64,000 nucleotides of DNA from an uncultured Thermococci archaeon (GTDB lineage Archaea > Methanobacteriota_B > Thermococci > Methanofastidiosales > B48-G16): assembly GCA_964595645.1 (NCBI GenBank), contig CAZQQT010000004.1, forward strand, positions 1-64,000, read 5' to 3'. The position numbers and the translations under genes were made by a program. Shown here piece after piece: positions 1 through 9,878 of the stretch. Under the pieces are notes generated by a model that worked only from the letters and a program-made list of their open reading frames with translations, ran no database searches and had not been told where the DNA came from. How positions within the stretch are numbered: position 1 is the stretch's first letter; each line of letters opens with the position of its first letter.

Positions 1-1
1 C

Positions 2-1996
2 ATTGATGGTCTGGTACCTCACGGTCCACGCGTAGTTGAAGGCATCCTGCCATGTGAGTTCCTCTCCCCACTCCGGCGACGTGATGTACTCGCTGTTGCT
101 GTACAGCTCCTGGGTAAACTCTTCGTCCTCCGCAATAGCGAGGTAGAGGTAGACCAGTGCCGCAGAGACATCGTCTTTGTACTCAATATACCCGTGTTCC
201 ACGAGATATTTGGATTGTTGGAGAATTGTTTCGATCTCAGCAGGATCGAGATTATTCATATCGACAGCCCCCCACAGCGTCTTTATGTCATTCATCGCCT
301 CGGTGATCGCTGGGCCCGTTTGTTGCGTGAAATTTCCCTCGCGGGTATAGACATCGAAGGTGAAGGATGTCGAGTCAATACGGAGCAATCCCGTGTCTTT
401 GTAGACGGTTTTGAGATCGATAAAATTTTGGAGGATTCGTTTTTCCTTGATCGTTGCTTTATTGTCCAAGACAGCAGTCCGAAGTTCCTCTATCTCGTCA
501 TCAGACAGGCCGTAGTCCTGGAATATCTGTAGTACTTCTTCCGGAAAGCCGTGCTCTATCTCACTGAATGCCTCGTCTATCTCTGTATCGGTGAGGTTCT
601 CGAATGCCTGGATTCCCTCCCGTTGGGAGGCGTCGTGGTAGATCTCGTTCATATAGTGGTGGTTCTGTGCTGAGCTTCTCAGCAGCGCTAGTTTCGTCGT
701 GAAGAGATCGGTGAGCGTGGCGTTCCCGTCGTCCTGAATATAGTACCGATCGATGAGGCTTAGCTCATGATCGATGAGCTGCGACTCTTCCTCAATATTG
801 CACTTCCAGTCATAGGTTCGTTTTTCCAGAGGCCCTACCATAAACGACCCCTCCTCCGGCATGCGTACCGTCTCTTTCCCGTTGTCGAACACAAAGTAGT
901 ACTCGCACGGTTCGTAGGGGAGTGTGAGGCTGTACCACGAGCCGTTCCACTGGTATGGGTCATCATCCATACTTTCAAGGGTATACAGCGTGTCATTGAC
1001 ATAGACCTCCGCGGTGATCGGTGGATCGTTGTTGAGATCGGTGTACTGGATCCGGAACTGCATATCGTTCTCTACGGTAGTGATGGGAAATGAGAGATGT
1101 GCCGGCGTCTCAGGGACGGTGTGGAACAGTTGGAGGTTCCACGAGAAGCTTAACGGCACCGGTGAGACCGCACTCTGTGCGGGGTTCTTAGAGGTGAGGG
1201 TGAGGGTGGTAGCACCATCGATGTATTCCCGTGGTATGGTGACGGTGGCAGTGCCATTCTGGAGATCGGTAGCTGCCTGTTCGTATGAATCCATTAGATC
1301 CGTCGTGTACCGTACCGTTTTCGGGTAGAGGGTTGCTGCTTCCATGTAGTGGACCTTGAAACAAAAATCTTTATCGGGATCAAAATCGGCACTACCTTTG
1401 GAGTAACCTGAGCCATAGCACCATTGGGCTCCACGGAGCTCCAGGATGTACGATCCTTTCAGATCGAGGTGCGGAACATCGAAGGAGATCCACCGTCGTA
1501 CTCCCGTGCCCTCTACGTCTTGGTGGGACTGGCAGAGCACAGTGCCGTCGAGATCTAACAGACGCATACCGACGGACGTTGGAGATTGAATGAGGGGGAC
1601 GGTAATGGAATCTGAGGACTCATCGGTGACACCTTCATTGGGGGCGATATGGATGCATCGTGATGGTTCCGCCGGTACCAGGACGCACACCTCTACCCCA
1701 GTGATCGTGCCATTGCATTCGAAACGCTGCGTATGCGTGCCTTCTTTGTGCCCCTCGATGTTCGTCTGTGCGATGATCCTATCTACGTACCCCTCTGCAG
1801 CCTCTCCTGTCAACTCGAGTACCGCGTACGCTGTATCGGCAGCATCGATGCTGAACGTTTCGGTGCCGGTACACTCTCCGTGGATCTCATGAATATACTC
1901 TTCTGGCCTATCGAATGAGTAGACCGGTATGATGGCGGCTACGAGCAGTATGGTGACAAGCAGTATCGTAAGGTGTATTCTCCCACTCCCCTTCAT
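2..1996 (-). CDS. Large secreted/surface protein, partial (>665 aa, runs off window start)
   Basis: Not in ORF track. Read by hand: ATG at 1996, MKGSGRIHLTILLVTILLVAAIIPVYS signal peptide, stop-free frame down to position 2. Contains QYTDLNNDPPITAEVYVND..YYFVFDNG (YTD-x-xNDxP beta-sandwich module of archaeal extracellular proteins). The + strand ORFs here are its shadows. Confidence 0.85.
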   Translation of the reverse strand, partial: MKGSGRIHLTILLVTILLVAAIIPVYSFDRPEEYIHEIHGECTGTETFSIDAADTAYAVLELTGEAAEGYVDRIIAQTNIEGHKEGTHTQRFECNGTITGVEVCVLVPAEPSRCIHIAPNEGVTDESSDSITVPLIQSPTSVGMRLLDLDGTVLCQSHQDVEGTGVRRWISFDVPHLDLKGSYILELRGAQWCYGSGYSKGSADFDPDKDFCFKVHYMEAATLYPKTVRYTTDLMDSYEQAATDLQNGTATVTIPREYIDGATTLTLTSKNPAQSAVSPVPLSFSWNLQLFHTVPETPAHLSFPITTVENDMQFRIQYTDLNNDPPITAEVYVNDTLYTLESMDDDPYQWNGSWYSLTLPYEPCEYYFVFDNGKETVRMPEEGSFMVGPLEKRTYDWKCNIEEESQLIDHELSLIDRYYIQDDGNATLTDLFTTKLALLRSSAQNHHYMNEIYHDASQREGIQAFENLTDTEIDEAFSEIEHGFPEEVLQIFQDYGLSDDEIEELRTAVLDNKATIKEKRILQNFIDLKTVYKDTGLLRIDSTSFTFDVYTREGNFTQQTGPAITEAMNDIKTLWGAVDMNNLDPAEIETILQQSKYLVEHGYIEYKDDVSAALVYLYLAIAEDEEFTQELYSNSEYITSPEWGEELTWQDAFNYAWTVRYQTIN

Positions 1997-2073
1997 ATTT
2001 ACAACTCCTTAGTTAATAGGGATGTGGGGATTTAAAAAAGTTTCGGTAGCGAGAAATAAAGAACAAAAACTCT

Positions 2074-2089
2074 TATAACCATGGTTATA
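2074..2089. promoter_or_regulatory. Perfect 16-bp palindrome TATAACCATGGTTATA overlapping a TATA-like box in a divergent promoter
   Basis: Self-complementary sequence between the secreted-protein gene and the glycosyltransferase. Confidence 0.4.
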
Positions 2090-2131
2090 GTATGGTCATG
2101 TATACTCATAAAATAAAGGAAGAGTGATGCC

Positions 2132-3187
2132 ATGAAGATCCTAGAAGTCTCAAACTTTTTTTATCCAAAAATCAGTGGATCCTCGCGGTACTGCTACGAG
2201 CTCTCGCGAAGACTCGCGAACAATCACGAAGTTACCGTTCTCACCTCGCAGCATCCCCAAAACCTGCATTCCAGAGAAACGATGGAAGGAATGGATGTAA
2301 TACGAGTAAAATCCTATGGAATGGGGTGGAATATCTCATCGCTCTCCTTTATTATCCCTACGCTGACACAGATGGTAGATGATTACGACATCGTTCATCT
2401 CCACTCCTACCTATTTTTGATCTCAAATCAAACAGGATTCCTGCGGCTTGTGAAAAAGTTCCCGCTTTATCTTCACCTTCACGGGGGTATGGACATCCCC
2501 CCAGTCGGTGGGCTCAAGCCGCTCTTTAAAAAGTATCTGTATGACCCTCTCATCGGCATGTTCATGCTCCGTGTCTCCGATACAATACTCTCCATATCAA
2601 AAAACGATATCAGAGGAATGGAGAATGCATACTGGGTCCCCAATGGTGTGGAACCGGACGATTTTCCGTATCATGAAAAGAATCATGACAAGTTACAGGT
2701 GGGATATATTGGAAGGCTCGAAACATGGAAGGGGGCGAAGAGTCTGCCATACATCGTAAACAACGCGAAAAAAAAAGTAGATGTGGAGTTCCATATCATA
2801 GGAGATGGTCCTCTGCTACCCTACGTAGAGCGAAACTGTGACGCCACCTGTTACGGTCAGATCCCCTTTGTCGATATCCCGGAGATGTTCAAAAAAATAG
2901 ACGTACTGATTCTCCCGTCGCTCATCGAGGGTGTGCCCACAGTGATTCTTGAGGCGTTCTCCTCCGGCTGCCCGGTAGTCGCCCGAAATGTGGGGAGTGT
3001 CTCCGAGTTAGTGTCCGGGAACACAGGATTTTTAGTAGATGCAGACGACGAGTTCGTGGAAAAAGTTATATTTTTCGCTAAAAACAGAGATCGTGTAAAA
3101 AAAATGGGAAAAAAAGGAAGAAAATTGGTGGAAGAGTACTATGCCTGGGACAAAGTCGTGGAACGATTTGAGACCGTTATCTCATAG
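2132..3187 (+). CDS. Glycosyltransferase family 4 (GT-B)
   Basis: N-terminal MKILEVSNFFYP, IVHLH, GRL...KG, EGVPTVILEAFSSGCPVV (ExxxxxxxE) motif. Confidence 0.92.
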   Translation: MKILEVSNFFYPKISGSSRYCYELSRRLANNHEVTVLTSQHPQNLHSRETMEGMDVIRVKSYGMGWNISSLSFIIPTLTQMVDDYDIVHLHSYLFLISNQTGFLRLVKKFPLYLHLHGGMDIPPVGGLKPLFKKYLYDPLIGMFMLRVSDTILSISKNDIRGMENAYWVPNGVEPDDFPYHEKNHDKLQVGYIGRLETWKGAKSLPYIVNNAKKKVDVEFHIIGDGPLLPYVERNCDATCYGQIPFVDIPEMFKKIDVLILPSLIEGVPTVILEAFSSGCPVVARNVGSVSELVSGNTGFLVDADDEFVEKVIFFAKNRDRVKKMGKKGRKLVEEYYAWDKVVERFETVIS

Positions 3188-4084
3188 CTCCTCGATTATT
3201 TTCTCGGCGATGATCTCTCCGTTCTTTCTCTGCGCTTCAACGGTGTTGGCACCCAGATGTTGGGTGAAAACCACGTTCTCCAGTTCTAACAACGGGCTCT
3301 CAAAGGGTGGCTCCTCTTCAAAGACATCGAGACACGCACCGTAGATTTCGTTGTTTTTCAGGGCGTAATAGAGAGCCTCTTCATCGATCACGCCGCCTCG
3401 AGCAGCGTTGACCAGAATTGCGGAATTTTTCATCATTTTCAGCTGTTCTTTGCCGATCATGTGCTTTGTCTGAGGAATGAGTGGCACATGAAGTGTGATC
3501 ACATCGCTCTCTTTGAGGACCTCCTCCAACTCCTTATACGTCACATTGTACTTCTCGGCAAGTTCCTCTCGTTTTATCACGTCGTAGGCGATGCTATCCA
3601 TGTCGAATCCACCGGCAATTTTCGCTACATGGGCCCCAATCCGTCCGTAGCCAATAATTCCCATTGTTTTTCCGAAAAGCTCTATACCCTTTAAATTCTT
3701 CTTTATCCAATTCTTGTTTCTCATTGCAGCATCAGCTGTTGGTACTTTCCTTGCAAGAGCAAGCACAAGTGCAAATACAAGTTCTGCAACAGACTCAGAT
3801 GACGCTGTAGGTGAGTTGACTACCTTCACGTTATGTTCTTTTGCGGCATCGAGATCGATGCTGTCCAGACCAACACCTGCCCGACCGATAACCTTCAAAT
3901 TCTCTCCGGCTTCAATTACTTCCTTTGGTATCTTCGGTTTGCTCCGTACCACAATGGCATCAAAATCTTTTATTTTTTCTATCAGTTCGGATTTATCGAG
4001 ACCGTATGCAACTTCCACATCAAACTTTTCCTTTAATTTTTCTATTCCTTCCTCACTTATTCTCGCAGCCACTAATATCTTCAT
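3182..4084 (-). CDS. serA: D-isomer-specific 2-hydroxyacid dehydrogenase / D-3-phosphoglycerate dehydrogenase (no ACT domain)
   Basis: RAGVGLD, GIIGYGRIG, LVNAARGGVIDE, DVFEEEP, HLGANT. Confidence 0.8.
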   Translation of the reverse strand: MKILVAARISEEGIEKLKEKFDVEVAYGLDKSELIEKIKDFDAIVVRSKPKIPKEVIEAGENLKVIGRAGVGLDSIDLDAAKEHNVKVVNSPTASSESVAELVFALVLALARKVPTADAAMRNKNWIKKNLKGIELFGKTMGIIGYGRIGAHVAKIAGGFDMDSIAYDVIKREELAEKYNVTYKELEEVLKESDVITLHVPLIPQTKHMIGKEQLKMMKNSAILVNAARGGVIDEEALYYALKNNEIYGACLDVFEEEPPFESPLLELENVVFTQHLGANTVEAQRKNGEIIAEKIIEEL

Positions 4085-4093
4085 TTTCTCACC

Positions 4094-4324
4094 TCAAAAA
4101 TAATCCATCTCACTAAATGTGTGATCGCAGAATGCACACTTAAAAGGTGTTCCCTCTTGAGGGTTGTAATAGAATGTCTCCTCACATTCGGGACATGTCA
4201 CCTCAACAGCACCATCTCCACACTCTCCTTTCTCAAAGAATCGTGCTCTGCAGGTTGGACATTTCCGTGGGATCTTTTCGGCGCACACGTGATACCCACA
4301 ACTTTCACATTCGTAGCGCTTCAT
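4094..4324 (-). CDS. Small double zinc-ribbon protein
   Basis: Four CxxC pairs (CESC, CPTC, CPEC, CAFC) in 76 aa; same orientation as neighbours. Confidence 0.75.
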   Translation of the reverse strand: MKRYECESCGYHVCAEKIPRKCPTCRARFFEKGECGDGAVEVTCPECEETFYYNPQEGTPFKCAFCDHTFSEMDYF

Positions 4325-4344
4325 GCTGGTACTATCACATGTAC

Positions 4345-5181
4345 CTATATATTTTTTTGGGTTTTCTCTGAAAACGTCATATCCACCGACGAGGATATCC
4401 TCTTTATCGAGGTTTCCACAGCCTGTTCATTTTCCACGGTGAGCTCGATTGCACTGTGCGGACACACCTCCACACACCGACCGCATCCTCTACACTCCTC
4501 GGAGATTGTTGCTTTCCCATCTTTTATTGTAATGACATTCACGAAACATGCGTCGATACACGCTCCGCATCCCGTACAGTTCTCGGTGACCTCCACAGTC
4601 ACACCAGGCATCTTTGTGACATTTCTCCCGATATGTGGTGAGAGATCGGGCAACATGCGCCAGAGACAGCAGCAGGGACAGCAGTTACAGATGGTGAGCA
4701 GGCTATCCGGTGTGCCCGTCTGAAGCCATACCGCATCGAGCTTGTTTCTGCCAATTAAATGAACTAATCCCGCGTCCCGTGCTCTCTGCACATGCGCCAA
4801 TGCGTCCTCTTTTGTGACAGGACGTCCAAGTTCCGGACTGATCCTTTTCGCAGCTTCTCCAAGGAAAAGACAGCCGAGATCGATTGGATAGTCCTTACAC
4901 TGCATGGTCTCTCTGCAAATGCAGGTATCCATAATCCAGTAGTATGATGCGCGCTCAATGAAGTGTTCTACAACGCGGGAGGGAAGCACCATATCCTCCA
5001 TTTCAATCTCTTTGTTCACACGGATCACGTTATCTTTGGGAAGGTAGATGATATCATCCCCTTCAAAAAGCATTTTATCCACCACGTGTCCTATCACGGG
5101 AAGTGTGGTCATCTTTGCAAGGAAAAATCTGTAGGGAAACAGTTTTTTGTTAATTTTCGTAAGTAGAAGAGAGAGATCCAT
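4345..5181 (-). CDS. 4Fe-4S dicluster (ferredoxin-domain) protein with Cys-rich N-terminal module
   Basis: CICR..C..CLFLG, ICNCCPCCC, CTGCGACIDAC and CRGCGRCVEVCP; start moved to ATG 5181 after GGTGG RBS. Confidence 0.88.
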   Translation of the reverse strand: MDLSLLLTKINKKLFPYRFFLAKMTTLPVIGHVVDKMLFEGDDIIYLPKDNVIRVNKEIEMEDMVLPSRVVEHFIERASYYWIMDTCICRETMQCKDYPIDLGCLFLGEAAKRISPELGRPVTKEDALAHVQRARDAGLVHLIGRNKLDAVWLQTGTPDSLLTICNCCPCCCLWRMLPDLSPHIGRNVTKMPGVTVEVTENCTGCGACIDACFVNVITIKDGKATISEECRGCGRCVEVCPHSAIELTVENEQAVETSIKRISSSVDMTFSEKTQKNI

Positions 5182-5191
5182 GTTACCACCA

Positions 5192-5485
5192 TTATTGTTG
5201 AAGCTCCTGCTCGCATTGTGCGCAGAAATGTGCTTCTTCTTTATTTTCAATTCCACATCGAGGGCAGGTATACTCCTCTTTTTCCTCTGCAAAATCTAAT
5301 AGTAAATTTACCCGCCTTAACAGGATTTTTGCTTCGTCCTTTGTAAGATTCCTCTCTTCAAATGCAGTGAGTATTTCTCTTTTTACTATCTCGCAAAATT
5401 TGAGAAATTTTTTAGTGGAAAACTCGTTCTGTGCATTCTCCACTACATACAATGCTTTGTGTATTTTGACCGTGATGCCACTCAT
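5192..5485 (-). CDS. Hypothetical protein with C-terminal zinc ribbon
   Basis: CPRCG..N....FCAQC motif. Confidence 0.75.
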   Translation of the reverse strand: MSGITVKIHKALYVVENAQNEFSTKKFLKFCEIVKREILTAFEERNLTKDEAKILLRRVNLLLDFAEEKEEYTCPRCGIENKEEAHFCAQCEQELQQ

Positions 5486-5530
5486 TGCACACAGTATGTC
5501 AACATGAATATAAATCCTCTGGAAAGAAAA

Positions 5531-5992
5531 TTACTCGGAAGAAGTGAGACTTTCTTCAACAGCTTCTTTCAGATCCTGGAGCATTTCCCCTCTATATTCT
5601 TTCATTTTTCTTTTAGCGAAAAACAAGCTGAGAAGTTTCCCTATAATACCTCCCAACTTGAGGTTCTCCTCGAGGATCACTCTACATCCTGTTTCTTTCG
5701 GTTCAATACTGTACGTTCGCTCACCGTGCACATTTACTTCGTCTGAGCCCATTGCGTACGTAATTCGTGTATTGTTCATCCATTCTTTGATGGTGAACAT
5801 GTACGTTTTTGTTTTTCCTCGAATCTCCTGTGTAACGGCATACACCGTTCCTACCTTTTCTTCTTTCTCCGTAACTGGTTTATACTCAGTAATTACCTCA
5901 TTCCACACCATGATCTTCTCCGGCTCCGTTATCCAGCTCCATACATATTTTGGTGGTGCATCAATATCAATTGATCTCTTTATATAGGGCAT
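5531..5992 (-). CDS. SRPBCC (polyketide cyclase/START-like) family protein
   Basis: MPYIKRSIDIDAPPKYVW..PE...W and C-terminal LQDLKEAVE; start moved to ATG 5992. Confidence 0.85.
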   Translation of the reverse strand: MPYIKRSIDIDAPPKYVWSWITEPEKIMVWNEVITEYKPVTEKEEKVGTVYAVTQEIRGKTKTYMFTIKEWMNNTRITYAMGSDEVNVHGERTYSIEPKETGCRVILEENLKLGGIIGKLLSLFFAKRKMKEYRGEMLQDLKEAVEESLTSSE

Positions 5993-6109
5993 ATGACTCT
6001 CCTCTCTATCTTTGCCTTCACCTGTGTTAATAAAATTACCCCACCAGATACACCTTCCACCGAGACAATCTTTAAAAATTTGTATACAGATACTCTTCAC
6101 GGTGAGTAC

Positions 6110-7234
6110 ATGAAATTTCATATGCCAACGACGATCGTTTTTCGTTCTGGATCCATTCAAACACTAAAAAAAATCGTGACAAAACAATTGCAGTGCTCAA
6201 ATCCTCTTCTCGTCACCGATAAAGGTATAAAAAAGGTAGGTATTGCTGAAAAGGTCACCTCACAGTTCGAAGAGATACAGATATTCGATGAGGTAGAACA
6301 GAATCCAAAGGCCTCAACGGTAAATGAAGCGGGAGAACTCGCAAGAGAGGGATGTGATCTCGTGATCGGACTGGGTGGAGGCAGTTCGATAGACACTGCT
6401 AAAGCCGCAGCCCTTCTTGCAACGAATACCGGCAGCATAGAAGACTACGAAGGGAAGGAGAAGTACAATGACCCGCCATTACCTGTAATTGCCATTCCCA
6501 CTACATGCGGGACCGGGAGTGAGGTGACATGGGTCTCCGTAGTGACAGATACACAACGACAGTTTAAGATGAGCATTAAGGGGTCAGAGATGTTCCCTGA
6601 AATAGCAGTGGTGGATCCTGATCTCATTGTCTCACTCCCTCAGCCACTTATTGCATCGACTGGAATGGACGCCCTCACGCACGCAATCGAAGCCTACACA
6701 GTAAAACCAAGGACACCGATCACCGATATTTTTGCTCGCAGGGCGGTTCAGCTTATTTCCAATTCTATTGAAGATGCGTACGAGGATATAGAAGGTAAGA
6801 AGAACACCAGAGAATGCATAATGCTGGGAAGCACACTGGCAGGAGTAGCTTTTGGAAACAGCGATGTGGGTGGTGTCCACTGTATCGCAGAGGCGGTAGG
6901 AGGACTTTACGACATTCCTCATGGTGTGGCTAACTCACTTTTTCTCCCCTACGTGATGGAATTTAACCTCCCTGCTGTAGAAAGTCGGTACGCCGAAATC
7001 GCCCGGTTCATGGAGATCGACGAAAATAATGACAAGACTGCAGCGAAAAAACTTATCGCACGAATACACTCCTTATCCAATAAATTGAACATCCCCTCAT
7101 TCAACGATCTCAATATCGAAGAGGATGCCTTTGAAAAAATTGCACAACGGTCTGTAGAGAACAATTCAAACCCGTCTAATCCACGGAAGGCAGATGTTGA
7201 CGACTATATGACGATCCTCAAAAAATGCATTTGA
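6110..7234 (+). CDS. Iron-containing alcohol dehydrogenase
   Basis: GLGGGSSID, PTTCGTGSE, GMDALTHAIE, H...IPHG; start ATG 6110 after GGTGA, TATA TTTAAAAA at 6071. Confidence 0.93.
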   Translation: MKFHMPTTIVFRSGSIQTLKKIVTKQLQCSNPLLVTDKGIKKVGIAEKVTSQFEEIQIFDEVEQNPKASTVNEAGELAREGCDLVIGLGGGSSIDTAKAAALLATNTGSIEDYEGKEKYNDPPLPVIAIPTTCGTGSEVTWVSVVTDTQRQFKMSIKGSEMFPEIAVVDPDLIVSLPQPLIASTGMDALTHAIEAYTVKPRTPITDIFARRAVQLISNSIEDAYEDIEGKKNTRECIMLGSTLAGVAFGNSDVGGVHCIAEAVGGLYDIPHGVANSLFLPYVMEFNLPAVESRYAEIARFMEIDENNDKTAAKKLIARIHSLSNKLNIPSFNDLNIEEDAFEKIAQRSVENNSNPSNPRKADVDDYMTILKKCI

Positions 7235-7257
7235 TGAGAGAAGGTAAATAAATAAAA

Positions 7258-8430
7258 TTAACGGTTCTCCATGTAGCGTTCTAACGCATTCATTGCCTTC
7301 TCTATTGTCTCTATCGGTGGTAAAAAGACAGATCTGAAGTGACTCTTCCCATACACAGGACAGAATCCTGAACCATGGACAAAAAGCACGTGAGCATTAT
7401 TCAGCACGTCGAGCACGAACTGTTTATCGTCTTCCTCTTCCACTTTTGGGAATATGTAGAAGGCGCCGCCCGGTTTCTGCGCTGAAATACCATCGATCTC
7501 ATTCAGCCGTTTGTAAATGTAGTCTCTTCTCTTTCGTAGTCGGGCCACGAGACTGTTGATATGGTCCTGCGGGCCTGTTAACGCCGCAGCAGCCCCCTTC
7601 TGTGTAACCACATTAGCACAGATCCTCACTCGTGCCTGTTTCATATAGGCCTCTTTTATATCCTTGAGTTTTCCATTGTAATCGTTGAATATTGTCCAGC
7701 CCACTCTCCAACCGGGAGAGAGGTAGACCTTTGAGATCCCGTTAAAAATTACCATTGGCACATCATCCATAAAAGAGGGAGAGACATGCGTACCCTCATA
7801 GGTAATTCTATCGTATATTTCATCGGAAATGAGAAGAATGTCATGCTCAGCTGCAAGATCGCCGATTTTCTTGAGCGTTTTTTTGTCGTAGAGTGCACCT
7901 GTAGGGTTGTTCGGATTTATCACTGCTACAGCCTGTGTTTTCTCACTGATTTTCTCTCGCATATCGTCAAGATCGGGTGCCCAGTTTTCCTCCTCTATTG
8001 TTCTGTACGGTACCGGGGTGGCGCCGAAAAACTTCGCCAGTGCGATATACGGTGGATAGGTAGGACCGGGAACAAGAATTTCATCTCCAGGCTCGAGTAA
8101 CGCTCCAAAAAGCATCAGTATGGACTCTGATACACCATTTGTCACGACAATATCGTCGATGGTGATATCGAGATCGTTTTTTTCCTTTTCTCTGGTAACA
8201 ATCGCTTCGCGGAGTTCGGAGAGTCCTTCTGAAGGAGCGTACCCATTGAAAATTCGTGTTTGATCAGTCGCAGCCTTCTTCATGTGCTCGGGAGTATCAA
8301 AATCAAACTTGTTTGGATCGCCAATATTGAGTTTCAGTACATCGATTCCTTGGTTCTCCAGTTTTCTGGCAGGCAAAATCACATCGCGGATCGCATACTC
8401 TATCTCCATCGCCCTCTCTGTAGGTCTCAT
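7258..8430 (-). CDS. PLP-dependent class I/II aminotransferase, alanine aminotransferase (AlaAT) type
   Basis: YAIRDV, LNIGDP, INPNNPTG, SDEIYD, NGISKVYLSPGWRVG. Confidence 0.9.
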   Translation of the reverse strand: MRPTERAMEIEYAIRDVILPARKLENQGIDVLKLNIGDPNKFDFDTPEHMKKAATDQTRIFNGYAPSEGLSELREAIVTREKEKNDLDITIDDIVVTNGVSESILMLFGALLEPGDEILVPGPTYPPYIALAKFFGATPVPYRTIEEENWAPDLDDMREKISEKTQAVAVINPNNPTGALYDKKTLKKIGDLAAEHDILLISDEIYDRITYEGTHVSPSFMDDVPMVIFNGISKVYLSPGWRVGWTIFNDYNGKLKDIKEAYMKQARVRICANVVTQKGAAAALTGPQDHINSLVARLRKRRDYIYKRLNEIDGISAQKPGGAFYIFPKVEEEDDKQFVLDVLNNAHVLFVHGSGFCPVYGKSHFRSVFLPPIETIEKAMNALERYMENR

Positions 8431-8524
8431 AGTGACACCGGTACTCTCTCATCTCACAGCTATTTATAGATTTTTATCTCCTGCAGGGAAGCCTTTTATA
8501 TACCATGGAAGGGGTAAGAAATGT

Positions 8525-8737
8525 ATGTGTCTCTCTGTTCCAGCACGAGTTCTCGAAATTGATGACGATCACGCTGTTGTTGACTACGGCGAGGGTACCA
8601 CTCGAAAGGTGAATATCCGTCTTGTAGAACCGAGTCCGGGAGACTATGTACTTGTCCACGCCGGATTCGTCATTCAGATCATCGACGAGGATGAGGCGAG
8701 GAGTACCCTCGAGCTATTTGACGAGATGGTAGAATGA
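8525..8737 (+). CDS. hypC: Hydrogenase maturation chaperone HypC
   Basis: MCLSVPA N-terminus, GDYVLVHAGF; true start ATG 8525. Confidence 0.95.
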   Translation: MCLSVPARVLEIDDDHAVVDYGEGTTRKVNIRLVEPSPGDYVLVHAGFVIQIIDEDEARSTLELFDEMVE

Positions 8738-8741
8738 TAGC

Positions 8742-9821
8742 ATGTTTCAGTTAGAAGATAAAGATCTGGCACGTAAAATTGTCACCAGTATCAAAAAGAA
8801 GGATGTAGACCTTCGGTTCATGCACGTGTGTGGCACACACCAGGATACACTGGTAAAACATGGACTGGACGCACTGTTTCGAGAGTGCGGTATTGCGATC
8901 CGGCAGGGACCGGGATGTCCCGTGTGTGTGACGACGCCGAAGGAAATCGAGAAAGTGTTGTGTCTCGCCCGGGAAGATGTCATCATTACAAGTTTTGGGG
9001 ATATGCTGAACGTTCCTGGGGAGAAAGAATCCCTCCGTGATCTCGCGGGTGAAGGTCACGATATTCGGACAGTGTACAGCATTGACGATGCGGTAGAAAT
9101 CGCAGAGAACAATCCGAAAAGAGAGGTAGTATTCATGGCCATCGGGTTCGAGACAACATCGCCTACCACCGCTGCTGTGATTGCCCACGATCCTCCCGCA
9201 AACTTCTCGATACTAAGCTGTCATCGGGTAATTCCGCCGGCACTCAAAGCCATCGTCGAGATGGGTGAGATACAGATCGATGGATTTATCGAGCCGGGAC
9301 ATGTCTCCACCATCATCGGGACAACACCGTATGAATTTCTCTCGGAGAACTACCACATGCCACAGGTTGTCGCAGGATTCGAGCCGATAGATCTTTTGAT
9401 GGGTGTGTGGATGCTCGTGCGACAGATAGAACAGGGGAAGGCGAAAGTAGAGAACGAGTACACACGTGTAGTAAAAGAAGAGGGAAATCCAAAAGCGTTA
9501 GCCATCATCAACGATGTGTTTAAAACTGTTGATGGGAAATGGAGAGGTTTCCCAAGCATTTCCAACTCTGTAATGAAACTTAGAAAGGAATACGACGAGT
9601 ACAACGCAGAAAAACGGTTCGAAGATAAACTCCAGAAAATAGAAGAGAAAGAGTTCGTGGAACCTGAAGGCTGCCGGTGCGGCGAGGTGCTCCGTGGCTT
9701 GATCTCATCGCAGGAATGTCCGCTGTTTGGTACAGAGTGTGTGCCGACACGACCCGTGGGTCCATGTATGGTGAGCGTAGAGGGGAGCTGCAATATCGAG
9801 TACCGGTATGGGAAGATGTAG
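8742..9821 (+). CDS. hypD: Hydrogenase maturation protein HypD
   Basis: CGTH, GPGCPVC, GFETT, PGHVS, GPCMVSVEGSC. Confidence 0.97.
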   Translation: MFQLEDKDLARKIVTSIKKKDVDLRFMHVCGTHQDTLVKHGLDALFRECGIAIRQGPGCPVCVTTPKEIEKVLCLAREDVIITSFGDMLNVPGEKESLRDLAGEGHDIRTVYSIDDAVEIAENNPKREVVFMAIGFETTSPTTAAVIAHDPPANFSILSCHRVIPPALKAIVEMGEIQIDGFIEPGHVSTIIGTTPYEFLSENYHMPQVVAGFEPIDLLMGVWMLVRQIEQGKAKVENEYTRVVKEEGNPKALAIINDVFKTVDGKWRGFPSISNSVMKLRKEYDEYNAEKRFEDKLQKIEEKEFVEPEGCRCGEVLRGLISSQECPLFGTECVPTRPVGPCMVSVEGSCNIEYRYGKM

Positions 9822-9878
9822 TCCAACACCGCAGGTACTACGGCATAGGTTTTTCAAGTGCAAAAATGACATGAAATT

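Noticed and set aside
194-1918. Five plus-strand ORFs in the track
   Set aside because: Antisense shadows of the long minus-strand secreted-protein frame; no motifs or RBS
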